DNA of 64,000 nucleotides, from NCBI GenBank assembly GCA_963734545.1, contig CAVTHO010000007.1:800001-864000 (forward strand), written 5' to 3'. The stretch's first letter is position 1, and every line of letters begins with the position of its first letter. The notes under the pieces are model-generated. The model saw only the letters and a program-made list of their open reading frames with translations. It was not told the origin of the DNA and searched no databases. Positions 1 through 9,788 of this stretch are shown one piece after another. This stretch comes from an uncultured Spirochaetota bacterium (GTDB taxonomy: Bacteria > Spirochaetota > Spirochaetia > SZUA-6 > Fen-1364). The position numbers were made by a program, and so were the translations under genes.

Positions 1-2
1 AG

Positions 3-95
3 GCGAAGGGCGCGAAAAAGGCTGCACCGCCAAAAGCCGGCCGGGGCAAATCAAAGAAGACCTCCGGGGGCCGGCAGACGAAGACGAAGCGGTAG
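3..95 (+). CDS. 3' end of an upstream gene with a Lys/Ala/Gly-rich basic tail (partial)
   Basis: Own translation: AKGAKKAAPPKAGRGKSKKTSGGRQTKTKR*, stop TAG at 93-95. Confidence 0.55.
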   Translation, partial: AKGAKKAAPPKAGRGKSKKTSGGRQTKTKR

Positions 96-207
96 TTCTG
101 CCCCGTCCCGGCGCCGCCGCAACTCTGCCTGTGGCGCACGGGCGCCCCCATAGGTTATACTCGGTCCGGTTTGTGCGGACAGCACGTCAGGCTCCGATGG
201 TCTTCCA

Positions 208-2633
208 TTGGAGGAGGCGGCGATCACGTTCCTGCCAGGGTGGTTGAACCTCGACTCCCTCTCCATCATACGGCTGGCCGCGCTGCTGCTCTCTCTTGTC
301 ATTTGCGTCTACCTCCTGCAGGTCCCCCGGAGGTCCCTCGCAACCCTGTTCCTTGCCGGCGCTTTCCTGGGCGCATTCCTGTTCAACCTTGCCTCGTTCT
401 TCGAGTTCGCCGGGCCGTACTACTGGCAGCCGCGTACTCTTAAGACGGTCCTGGTGCTGCTGTTCAGCGACATAGGCCCGTCGCTCGCCATGGAGTGTCT
501 CCTCCTTTTCGCATACCACTTCCCGCGTTTCCGGGGCGCCGAGCGCAGGGAGTTCAGGATCGTTTTCGCTCTCTCCATGGCTCTGAACGCCGGTGTCCTC
601 GGCCTCAACGTGTACAATCATTTCATCCTGCAGTGGCACTTCAGCGATACGCATCTCTGGAACGTCTATTGGCTGGTGTTCTACTGCAGCCTCACGATGC
701 AGTTCCTGGGAGCGACCGTCCTCTTGTTCCGCAAGGCGGCTCGGCTGTCCCGCCACGGCTCGGCGTCGTTCGGGGAAAGGATCATGCACCCGCGCGGCCG
801 TGATGCAGAAACGGCAAGGGCCCTGGGCGCGATCCTGCTGCTTCCTCTTCTGGCGGCCGTCGCCTCCCTCGGTATGACCTACAGCGTCCTGCCCTTCTCC
901 CTGGCGAGCTACCTCACGTGGCTCGGCCTCCTCCTGTTCTACCTGGGATTCGTCGTCATCTACCTCAACCACAGCGCCGATCCCCTGACTCTGCAGGTGA
1001 AACTGCTGGGGGTCACCCTTGTCCTGATCCTGAGCACCATGGGGCTCGTCGCGCTGTTCGTGGGCGAGACAATGGTAAAAGACTATCCTCCTCCGCCGCT
1101 TCCTGCGAGCCACTCCACCATCCGCTTCACTCTCAACCGCCTGCACAGCTACGACATCTGCCGCACGGAGGACTCCTTCGATCCGGAACTGGGGCGGAAG
1201 GTGGACATCGCATACGGACGCCCCTTTGCTGCGGTGCTGGACTTCGATTTCCCGTTCTTCTCCACTCCGATACAGAACGATTCATGTCCTCAATGGCCCG
1301 ATGATCTACCTCGGCGAGCGGGTGAGGGAGAATGGATGGGGAGGGTACAACCCGCAGCCGGCCATCGCGCCGCTCATCATGAACCTGGATCCCTCGAGGG
1401 GCGGGGGAGTAGACATCAAGTCCCGTCCAGACTCGGTGACAGTCACCTGGTTCCGCCTTCCCGAGCTGGGAGCCGAGAACGCGAATACGATCCAGCTCGT
1501 CCTTCGAGCGGACGGCACGATCGAGATGTGCTTCGAGGATCTCTCTCCTTTCTACGGGCCGTCGATCGAACAGCAGCGCAACTACGCGGCCGCGAGCGCG
1601 ACCGGTGGCGATCCTGCCCCGGGTGGCAAGCCCGCCCCATTTCCTCCCCTGCTGACGGGGATCCATCCTGGCGGCACGACCGCTCCGTTGGAGCCGATCA
1701 GCTTCACGCGAGGTCTCCCATGGTCCGGCGCCGGCCCGGCGGTGATCTTCCAGTCGTACGAGGCGGGTTTTGCGGGCTACCTGAACTCCCGGATCGGGGT
1801 GCTTGCCGGGCTCACTGTCGTGGCGAGCCTCCTCGTCCTCTTCCTGATCCCGCTGCTCCTGCGCGCGAGCCTCTTCACCCCTTTGAGGGTGCTGTCCCGC
1901 GGAATGAGCCGGGTGGCGGCCGGCGACCTGGCCGCGTCCGTCAGCGTGCAGTCTCGCGACGAGATAGGGTCCCTGGCGAGGTCGTTCAACCGGATGGTCG
2001 GGGGATTGAGAGAGCGGTTCGAGCTTACCAAGTACGTCTCCGACGGGACCATCGATGCCTTGAAAACCAGCCAGGAACCCCGGCGGGTCGACAGGACCCT
2101 TCTGTTCACCGACGTGCGCGGCTTCACCTCCTATACGGAGCGGCGCAAGCCTGAGCAGGTCCTGGAGGTCCTCAATCGCCTGCTGGAGCGCCAGTCAGAG
2201 GTCATACGGCGCCACGGGGGAGACATCGACAAGTTCATCGGCGATGAGATCGTGGCCGTGTTTTCCGGCGAGACAGCCCCGTGCAGCGCGTGCGCCGCAG
2301 CCCTGGGCATCGTGCTGCTGTGCAAGCGCGACGCCGTGGAGTTCGAGGGGCTCACCGTAGGGGCAGGCATCGCCACCGGCTCAGTCATCCAGGGAATGAT
2401 CGGGTCAATCCGGCGCGCTGACTTCACCGTGATCGGAGACTCGGTCAACCTCGCCGAGCCGGCTGTGTGGCATCGCCAAGGGAATGCAGATCGTCGTGAG
2501 CGACGCGAGCATGAGGGAGGCTGCGCGCGACTTCCGGTTCATGGGCCCGTTCTCTGTCCGCATCAAGGGGAAGAGCGAACCTCAGCGGGTATGGCTCCTG
2601 AGCGGCCCGGCAGCCGAAGAGGCGACGACCTGA
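208..2633 (+). CDS. Membrane-bound class III adenylate cyclase (multi-TM N-terminus, extracytoplasmic domain, HAMP, cyclase); two apparent frameshifts near 1265 and 2455
   Basis: ORFs 208.. and 1226.. join. HAMP motif SRDEIGSLARSFNRM; cyclase motifs LLFTDVRGFT, DIDKFIGD, DFTVIGDSVNLA. A third frame ends ...IKGKSEPQRVWLL...TGA at 2631-2633. Confidence 0.85.
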
Positions 2634-3036
2634 AAGTCAAGAGGCCTCCTCGCGCCGCCAACTCCCGAAGCTGAATCGTACCCTCCTGACCCCGCCTCGT
2701 TTTTCTTCAGACCCTTGCAACGCAAAGCTGTAAAAGGCAAAGTACGTTGCAGTGGTCGAGATGCTGCATCATGCCCCAAAGTGCTATAAGTCATTTCATT
2801 CAAACGAATAAGCACTGTCCGCTCTTCTTGGCATCCTCTTTGCTTGATCCTGGTGAAGGTCATAGAGCCGTATGCCAAGAGTCGAGCGAGTTGTCATGTC
2901 GGGTCCTCCCCAATGGTGCCGGCCTCCGCCCTGGATTGCCGGGATCAGTACCATGCAGACAAGAAGGGAGAATGCGCATACCGGCTGTGTGCGCCTCTCG
3001 TGATCGTAGTGAAAGGCTCCAAGTAGGAGGTCGAAG

Positions 3037-4098
3037 ATGAGTAGATACTTGAAAGCCATCGGCTTGTTTTCATTTGCCTTGCTGATCAGCGTTTTCCTGG
3101 CTGCGTGCGAGCCTCCCGACGGAAACGGAAAGTCGCACACGCTGTCGGGCAATGTGGCGAGTCCCAGCGGCATCTCGGTTCCGGATGGAACCTATGCCTA
3201 TCTGAAACTCGTCGAGAGCGGCGGGTTGCCCACTGATCAGGCCCAGTACTGGACACGGTCCAGCGTCTTCTCCGGAGGCAGTGCAAGCTACTCTGTCATC
3301 GGCGTTAACACAGGCAGCTATACCGGCCATGCATTCATCGACATGAATGCACATGCCTCCAACGATGCGGCTGCGATGCCCGACCCAGGTGACTATGCAC
3401 TGCAGAACGGGAAATCCATCGACATTTCAGATGACCAGACGCTGCAATTCGACTCGAGCGGGTGGATTAAGGTCGACCAGAGCGGGTTCAGCATCCTGGG
3501 ATTTTGGAGCTCGTTTCTCGCCTACGCGAAGTACACAGGCGTGGGGCAGTTCGAGCCCGACGGAACATATACATCCTGGGAGGATCACGCAGGTACAATA
3601 TTGGGCGTTAAGGGTACTTGGTCTCTAATCGGGGACGTTTTGACGATAGGTGTTGGCGGGGATACCGTCATCTTCCCATTAGAGTGGTGGAACGAGAACC
3701 AAGTTGAGCTTGTGGACGATGAATACCCCGGCATGTTGTATCGAAGAGATTTCGAACCTGACGGCAAGCTTTTCAACAATCCCAAGTATTCCCCAATAAC
3801 GCTTGATATGGGAACGCAAACCGAAGGCAGCCTGTCATTCGACGGAATAGCACTCTATCAATATGTGGCAGGCCCGAATGCTCAAAATGCAGTCGTCTCC
3901 TGGCAGGATAGAAAAAACTCCGCCTACACCGCCCACCTGGAGGTCTGGGTCTACGAGGATGAGGAGACCTTGGCCTATCCGGGGAGGGCGACCAAATCCC
4001 CAATCAACGTGGCTATGACGCAGGGCCAGACCTATTATGTTGTTGTGGCAAACCAGCCTGGGGATTCGGGGACCTTTTCAATAATGGTAAGTGAATAG
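3037..4098 (+). CDS. Hypothetical lipoprotein
   Basis: SD AGGAGG; signal peptide with lipobox FLAA-C; beta-strand-rich mature part; sequence visibly less GC-rich than core genes. Confidence 0.8.
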   Translation: MSRYLKAIGLFSFALLISVFLAACEPPDGNGKSHTLSGNVASPSGISVPDGTYAYLKLVESGGLPTDQAQYWTRSSVFSGGSASYSVIGVNTGSYTGHAFIDMNAHASNDAAAMPDPGDYALQNGKSIDISDDQTLQFDSSGWIKVDQSGFSILGFWSSFLAYAKYTGVGQFEPDGTYTSWEDHAGTILGVKGTWSLIGDVLTIGVGGDTVIFPLEWWNENQVELVDDEYPGMLYRRDFEPDGKLFNNPKYSPITLDMGTQTEGSLSFDGIALYQYVAGPNAQNAVVSWQDRKNSAYTAHLEVWVYEDEETLAYPGRATKSPINVAMTQGQTYYVVVANQPGDSGTFSIMVSE

Positions 4099-4291
4099 AG
4101 GAAAAATGTAGCCGCCCTGTCTGCCCTCGCCCCCCGAATTGCGGCACCTGATTCCGCAGTCGGGGGGGAAGGCAATCCGGCCGACAGGCCCCGCCTGGAA
4201 ACGCAGGGCGCGGAAACGACGTACCCGGAATCAATGGATCCGTCTTCCAAAGGAAGCAAGAGTGTTAGCCGCGCTCGCCGCAGCGAGCTTT

Positions 4292-4373
4292 GGCTGTCCG
4301 CTCCCCTACTAGTATAACGGGCCCGGGCACGGGCCTGTGACCGTGTAGGGCGGGCCATCGGGGACCGTCGGGG
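4292..4373 (+). repeat. Degenerate, internally deleted copy of the 5' coding region (4565-4700) of the downstream lipoprotein gene
   Basis: The blocks ggctgtccgctcccctacNagtataacgg, cctgtgac and agggcgggccatcggggaccgtcgggg occur in the same order at both loci. Confidence 0.9.
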
Positions 4374-4498
4374 CTGGAATGTTGAAGCACTTCATGCACG
4401 GGCCACGGGGGAGCTCCTGACAGCTCGACAGGCGGTTTGGGTTTCTGCGGCCATGAGTGTATATTCTGTTCTGTGCCAGTCTGCCGGGAGGACGATGC

Positions 4499-6229
4499 AT
4501 GAAAACCTCTGCCAGGAAGTTCCGCCTGCCTGCCCTTGCCCTGACGGCCGCGGTGATGATCGCGGGCTGTCCGCTCCCCTACGAGTATAACGGCCCAGGC
4601 ACGGGCACCTCCCATACCACCGATCCAAGCAGCCCCAGCATTACGGCCCCTGTGACGGTGTCCTATTCCGTGCAGGGCGGGCCATCGGGGACCGTCGGGG
4701 ACGGCGCTTCCTTCTATGCGGGCGACACGATGACCGTGACCCTGTCCACTGCCACCGTGAGCTCTTTCATTTTCTATACCGACAACGGGACTCCGCTCTC
4801 GCTCTCCAGCCTGGGCTCGGTCAAGAAGATAAGCGCGTCGAGCGGTGAGATCACGATCACCCGGGCCACCTCCCTCCAGTCCCTGGACATTCGCGCCATC
4901 GCGATCGGCCCCAATATGCTGCCCAGTGCGGCCGTCCACGCGACTCTTGGTGTCAGCCCTTACCCGATCCTTTCGATCACCCGGGACAACGCTTTCGCGA
5001 GCGAGGATGGGGGAACGGCGACATTCACCATTACCTCCTCCAGCGCTCCGGCCAGCGACATCACCGTGAACCTCGCGACCAGCGGCGACTATGAGCCGGG
5101 CGACGTGACGGGTCTCCCCGCGTCGGGTTTGCCTCTTTCCCTGACGCTCCTTGCAGGCGCGACCACGATCAGCCTCCCCATCACCGGGCAGCCCGATACG
5201 GACCTGGTCGACGACACAGTCACCCTGACGCTCCAGGCCGGCTCGACAACGCCCCCTGTCTACACCGTCGGCGCCCCCGCGAGCGCGAGCGTAGTGATTC
5301 AGGACAACCAGAAACCGACCTACACTGTGACGTACAATGGGAACGGAAATACCGGCGGCACGGCGCCGACCGACGGGAACGGCTATCATGCAGGTGACCC
5401 GGTCACGGCGCTGCTCAACAGCGGAGGCCTGGTGAAAACCGGCTACTCTTTTGCGGGGTGGAATACGCAGGCTGGCGGAAACGGCACCACCTACGCTCCG
5501 AACCAGACATTCACAATGGGCGGCGCCAACCTGGTCCTGTACGCAAAATGGGGGCCGAGGACCGCAACAATTCTGGCTGATTTTGCCTGGGTCGGGACTG
5601 GTCAGCGACCAGAAGCTATCGCCTACGACGGCACCTCGCTCTGGGTTGGAGACGTGAACGAATCCAAGGTCTACAGGATAAATCCCTCGGATGGCTCCGC
5701 CATATCCTCTTTCTCGCTCGGCACTCCTGGCCCCACCCATGCTCTCGCTCTCGACGGCGCCGGCGAGATCTGGACAACAACGTTCTGGACCGATCCGCCA
5801 GCGCTCTACCGGTTCCCGATGACCTTCGTATCGCCTGACCGGACCCTGACACTTCCGACCACAATGTCATATCCCACCGGGATGACTTTCGATCCCACCA
5901 ACAATGTCTTCTGGGTGGTAAACACGAACTCTCCTGCCAATCCATCGCATTTCTGGAAATTGGATGCCAATGGCTCGGTGATAGATTCGTGGGATCTTTC
6001 GGGCGGAACGCCATACGTCTATGGACTTTGCATGGACAGTGACCCGAATTATCTCTGGATGGTCGCGGGGAACAGCTTGTCCAGGATTTCAATCGCCGGG
6101 AGACAGGTCGTGGAGACGTACCCAATAGCGGGGGCAGACCTGCTCCAGGGAGTAACGATGGTCTCACCTGATACCTTCTGGCTGGTGTCGGGAAACAACA
6201 AGAGGCTCCTGAAGGTACAGCTTCAATAG
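4499..6229 (+). CDS. Surface lipoprotein with Calx-beta/Ig-like domain, InlB B-repeat (Listeria-Bacteroides repeat) and C-terminal beta-propeller
   Basis: SD GGGAGG; lipobox IAG-C; ASEDGGTATFTIT..DITVNLATSG (Calx-beta-like); YTVTYNGNG..KTGYSFAGWNT..LYAKW (B-repeat); repeated GxAxDxxxLWV-type blades. Confidence 0.85.
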   Translation: MKTSARKFRLPALALTAAVMIAGCPLPYEYNGPGTGTSHTTDPSSPSITAPVTVSYSVQGGPSGTVGDGASFYAGDTMTVTLSTATVSSFIFYTDNGTPLSLSSLGSVKKISASSGEITITRATSLQSLDIRAIAIGPNMLPSAAVHATLGVSPYPILSITRDNAFASEDGGTATFTITSSSAPASDITVNLATSGDYEPGDVTGLPASGLPLSLTLLAGATTISLPITGQPDTDLVDDTVTLTLQAGSTTPPVYTVGAPASASVVIQDNQKPTYTVTYNGNGNTGGTAPTDGNGYHAGDPVTALLNSGGLVKTGYSFAGWNTQAGGNGTTYAPNQTFTMGGANLVLYAKWGPRTATILADFAWVGTGQRPEAIAYDGTSLWVGDVNESKVYRINPSDGSAISSFSLGTPGPTHALALDGAGEIWTTTFWTDPPALYRFPMTFVSPDRTLTLPTTMSYPTGMTFDPTNNVFWVVNTNSPANPSHFWKLDANGSVIDSWDLSGGTPYVYGLCMDSDPNYLWMVAGNSLSRISIAGRQVVETYPIAGADLLQGVTMVSPDTFWLVSGNNKRLLKVQLQ

Positions 6230-6245
6230 TCGGGCGCAGTGACGT

Positions 6246-6276
6246 TGGGCGGCGAGGGACTCGGACCCCCGACCTT
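6246..6276 (-). repeat. att-like direct repeat of the 3' half of tRNA-Val
   Basis: tgggcggcgagggactcggacccccgacctt matches 9789-9819 at 30 of 31 nt. Confidence 0.9.
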
Positions 6277-6338
6277 GAGGCATCATGAAGAAGGTCGAGG
6301 TCTCTCCGTCAATAGCGCTCAGCGAACCGCAACTTCCG

Positions 6339-6896
6339 TCAGCGCTCGCCCGTTTCTGAGCCCGGCGCGAACACGGGCTGCAGGACGATGTCCAGATCGT
6401 GCTCTTTCTGCAGCCGTGAGAACTCCTCCTTCAACCCGCTGACGGAGATCGAGGGTCCGACCACCAGGTGCGCGGACAGTCGGAACATCGGCGCGCCCGT
6501 CCACGGCGCCGGGGCTGTTTCGGTTTCAAGGTCTTCGATGTTGATGGCATAGCGGCGGAGCAGCGCCGTGATGACGTGTACGATTCCGGGCATGTCCAGC
6601 GATACCGCCTTCAGGAGGTAGGGGCGTCCCTTCTCCTCTGCCCGTGGTTCGCGGGTGGGATGGCAGCCCACGCGGAGACCCTGCTTCTCGCCCCATGCCG
6701 GCAGCGATCTGGCCATGGAATCCACCGACGCTGCCGCGCCCGAGACGAGCATGATGACGGCGAACTCGCCGCCCAGGACCGCCATTTTGCTCTCCTCGAT
6801 ATTGCAGCCGGCACCGGTCACCGCGCCGGAGATCTCGTCCACGATTCCCACTCGGTCGGGCCCCACAGCGGTGAGAACGAGGAATCCTGTAGCCAT
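6339..6896 (-). CDS. Tandem ACT-domain protein, GcvR (glycine cleavage repressor)-like
   Basis: LTAVGPDRVGIV..GCNIEESKMAVLGGEFA and SLDMPGIV..INIEDL ACT motifs. Confidence 0.85.
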   Translation of the reverse strand: MATGFLVLTAVGPDRVGIVDEISGAVTGAGCNIEESKMAVLGGEFAVIMLVSGAAASVDSMARSLPAWGEKQGLRVGCHPTREPRAEEKGRPYLLKAVSLDMPGIVHVITALLRRYAINIEDLETETAPAPWTGAPMFRLSAHLVVGPSISVSGLKEEFSRLQKEHDLDIVLQPVFAPGSETGER

Positions 6897-7128
6897 GCCG
6901 AAAGATTATCCGGAACGGGATGGCGATGTCCACTCGCAACAGGATCGCTCAGGCTCGCCCGGCTGGCGGAACAGGTCTGGGGTCTGCTTCCTTTCTGTTC
7001 ACTGGGTTCATAAGAATGCTTTGATGCTCTATAGTTGCCACAGGCAGATTGCACGGCAATAAGGCTGTGGCGCTGGGCCCTGAGACACGAAGCTGCCGGA
7101 AGCGGCCTTCTCGAGCGGGAGGACGGCT

Positions 7129-8661
7129 ATGGAAAAAGAGTGGTTCGACCTGATCATCGCGACGGCCTTGCCCCTTGCTTTCGTGGTCCAACATCTGTGG
7201 AGCGAAGCGTTCTTCGCCAGGCGGGGCGTCGCACTCGGCGGACAGCCGCCGATTGACCGGTGGTTGTTCATCGTTTCCAAGTACCTGGCGATCGGGATCT
7301 GGCTTGCAGTTTCGGTGCAGAGCTGGGGCATCGGATGGCAGCCGTTCCCGGGTGTCCGGGTGCCGCGCAGTTTGTCCGGCGGCCTCTGGGTCTTCGGGTT
7401 CGGCCTCCTGTTCCTCGGTCGAATCAACCTGGGCGGTCATCTCAGGATGGGCCTCCCCAACGAGGCCACCCGCTTCCACCGTAACGGCGTATACCGATTC
7501 ACCCGAAACCCGATGTACACCGGCATTGGCATAACGATGATCGCCGGGATCCTCTACACCGGCAATCCCGCGATCCTTGCCGCGGGGGTGTTCGTCATCG
7601 CGGTTCACCACTGGATCATCCTCGTCGAGGAGCGCTGGCTGCGCGCAACCTTCGGGGAGGAATACGAGGGTTATCGGGAACGCGTCGGGCGCTACATGAC
7701 CGTGCCTCTTGCCGTCCGCAGTCGAACGCGGGCGTTGTGGACGCTGCTCGGGATGGGCCACTGCGCCCCGACGATGATGAGCAGCATCCTCCGTGTCTGC
7801 GGCCGACCAAAGGCAGACTGGCTTGTGAGGCTGGCGTCCGCCCTGCCGGGAGGCATCGGCAACACAGGAGGTGAATGCGGCGGGATCACGTCACCACTGA
7901 TTCTTCTGGGCCTGCTCCACGGCCTCGGCAGCATCGAAGGAGGGCTGCCGCTCGTCTTCGAGCGTGGCCATGCCCACATGGAGGGTTTTCGCCGCCATCG
8001 CGGAACGCTGCTCTGCCGGGAGATCCGCAGGACGCCGCGGAGCATCCTGCCCTGCATCCGGACTATCGTGGATTCGGGGGGGCTCTGTACCGACACCCTT
8101 TGCGGCAAGATACGGAGAGTCATTCCTTGCGAAGCGCGCGAGGCGTACTGCCGGCTGTACGCCGAATTCGCCCGCTCCGGCTTCCACTGCGCGCAGACGG
8201 TGCTGCGGAACTTTGACGGGCTGCTGTCCGAGCAGCCGCGCCTGCTGGATGCCGGCAGCGCGTTTCTTGGCGGGATGTTGTTCGCGGGCATGACCTGCAG
8301 CGCGCTCACCGCCGGAGTCATGGCCCTGGGTCTGCGCATCGGGGAAATCGAGGGCAGCTGGTGGCGGGTACTTCGGATGGTTTTTCTTCTTCTGACAGGC
8401 GGTCCCGCTTTCGACGACAGCGTCAACAAGTTCAACGGAGCCATGAACCGCGGCGGCGAGCTGGCCGCGTGGTTCGCCGCGCAGTTCGGCAGCACGCAGT
8501 GTCGGGCGATCACGGGAGCTGACTTCTCCTCGGCCACAGAGGTCGAGGCGTATCTCCAGGGCAGCGGGATCGCCACATGCCGGCTGATCGCGCAGAACGT
8601 CGCCCATCACGTCCATCTCATGCTGGAAGAAGGATCAACGGGGAACCGGGCTCGCGCGTGA
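7129..8661 (+). CDS. Fusion of an isoprenylcysteine/phospholipid methyltransferase-family membrane domain with two C_GCAxxG_C_C putative redox domains
   Basis: GVYRFTRNPMYTG..EERWL..FGEEY..Y..RVGRY; then HCA..GGIG..ECGGI..LLCREI..C and HCAQ..GGM..TCSALTAG..TQCRAI..C. Confidence 0.8.
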   Translation: MEKEWFDLIIATALPLAFVVQHLWSEAFFARRGVALGGQPPIDRWLFIVSKYLAIGIWLAVSVQSWGIGWQPFPGVRVPRSLSGGLWVFGFGLLFLGRINLGGHLRMGLPNEATRFHRNGVYRFTRNPMYTGIGITMIAGILYTGNPAILAAGVFVIAVHHWIILVEERWLRATFGEEYEGYRERVGRYMTVPLAVRSRTRALWTLLGMGHCAPTMMSSILRVCGRPKADWLVRLASALPGGIGNTGGECGGITSPLILLGLLHGLGSIEGGLPLVFERGHAHMEGFRRHRGTLLCREIRRTPRSILPCIRTIVDSGGLCTDTLCGKIRRVIPCEAREAYCRLYAEFARSGFHCAQTVLRNFDGLLSEQPRLLDAGSAFLGGMLFAGMTCSALTAGVMALGLRIGEIEGSWWRVLRMVFLLLTGGPAFDDSVNKFNGAMNRGGELAAWFAAQFGSTQCRAITGADFSSATEVEAYLQGSGIATCRLIAQNVAHHVHLMLEEGSTGNRARA

Positions 8662-8696
8662 GCTGCGCCTGTCCTATCTCCGCGAAGAAGGTGAGT

Positions 8697-9674
8697 ATGA
8701 AAACAGCCAGGTTTCCCGCAATCGTCTTGTTACTGACAATCCTTTGCCTGAGTGGTTGTTTGGGGTTGGCGACGCTTAGCTCTAGTCACCCGATTGTCAG
8801 CTCGATCTACGTATCCGGGAGCACGGTCTACACCGCGGGCTGGTGCTCGAACGGCTCCACGACCATCGCCTGCTTTTGGACGAATGGCTCACGGACCGAC
8901 CTCCCCGGCGAGGGGGGGATTGCGAGATCAATTTTCGTTTCCGGGGATACAGTCTATGTTGCGGGTTTTGTCGGCGATACCCCCTGCTTCTGGACGAATG
9001 GCTCACGAACCGACCTCCCAACAGGAAAGAAATCGGGGTGGGCCAATTCGATCTTCGTGTCTGGGAATACGGTCTATGTGGCGGGGTGCACATCCCTGCC
9101 CTTTCAGTTTTCCCCATGCTATTGGACGAATGGCACGCGAACCGACCTCGCCGACTTTGGGACCGCTGATTCTATCTTCGTATCTGGGAACACCGTCTAC
9201 GTATCAGGGTGCAAGGAGGGCATGGCCTGCTATTGGGCCAACGGTGTTAAAACCGATCTTCCATGTGATGGACAACGTGGGTACCAGTATGGACTCTCTA
9301 TCCATGTTTTCGAAGATGTTGTCTACGTATCTGGCAGGTACGCATCCAGATCCCTCTTTCAAACCAAGGCAGCTGCCTGCTATTGGACGAATGGCATACG
9401 AACCGACCTCCCCGGCAATGACGCGGAAGCGTGCTCGGTCTATGTAGCTGGGCAAACCGTCTACACTGCAGGCTGCTACGATTGGAAGGGCTTCAATTCC
9501 AGCGGAACCGATGCAGTTCCCTGCTATTGGAAGAACAGTACAAAGATCGACCTCGCCGGAGGGCGTGGAGCGGCATCGTCGATATTTGTATCAGATGGCA
9601 CAATATACATTGCAGGACATCTCAAAGACACTGCGTGCTATTGGGTAAACGGAGTAAGGGTCGATCTGCACTGA
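8697..9674 (+). CDS. Lipoprotein made of about 7 Cys-containing beta-propeller-like repeats
   Basis: Lipobox LSG-C; repeated A.SIFVSG.TVYVAG...CYW.NG.RTDL units, also visible in DNA as tggacgaatggc..accgacctc. Confidence 0.85.
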   Translation: MKTARFPAIVLLLTILCLSGCLGLATLSSSHPIVSSIYVSGSTVYTAGWCSNGSTTIACFWTNGSRTDLPGEGGIARSIFVSGDTVYVAGFVGDTPCFWTNGSRTDLPTGKKSGWANSIFVSGNTVYVAGCTSLPFQFSPCYWTNGTRTDLADFGTADSIFVSGNTVYVSGCKEGMACYWANGVKTDLPCDGQRGYQYGLSIHVFEDVVYVSGRYASRSLFQTKAAACYWTNGIRTDLPGNDAEACSVYVAGQTVYTAGCYDWKGFNSSGTDAVPCYWKNSTKIDLAGGRGAASSIFVSDGTIYIAGHLKDTACYWVNGVRVDLH

Positions 9675-9788
9675 CGTTGTTCTTGGGCGTCCGTTAGGCG
9701 TTGGACGCTCGACGGTGTGCCTGCATCTCTGAAAAGCCTCTTCACGCTGGACGAGCGGTGGACTCAGGGTAGAAAGGCGACTCTACTA

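Larger units (their letters stand above)
6277..9788. mobile_element. Putative small integrase-less genomic island between tRNA-Val and its 3' duplication
   Basis: Bounded by the 31-bp direct repeat; holds three unrelated genes; no recombinase seen. Confidence 0.55.

Noticed and set aside
4292-4700. DGR template and variable repeat pair
   Set aside because: No reverse transcriptase; the differences are deletions and non-adenine changes at the gene's 5' end.
8780-9670. Periodic DNA repeats as a CRISPR array
   Set aside because: They are in-frame degenerate coding repeats of a propeller protein, and no cas genes are present.
4100-9710. Integron attC sites (GTTAGCC near 4264, GTTAGGC near 9693)
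   Set aside because: No matching RYYYAAC box or attC-like fold was found, and there is no integron integrase.
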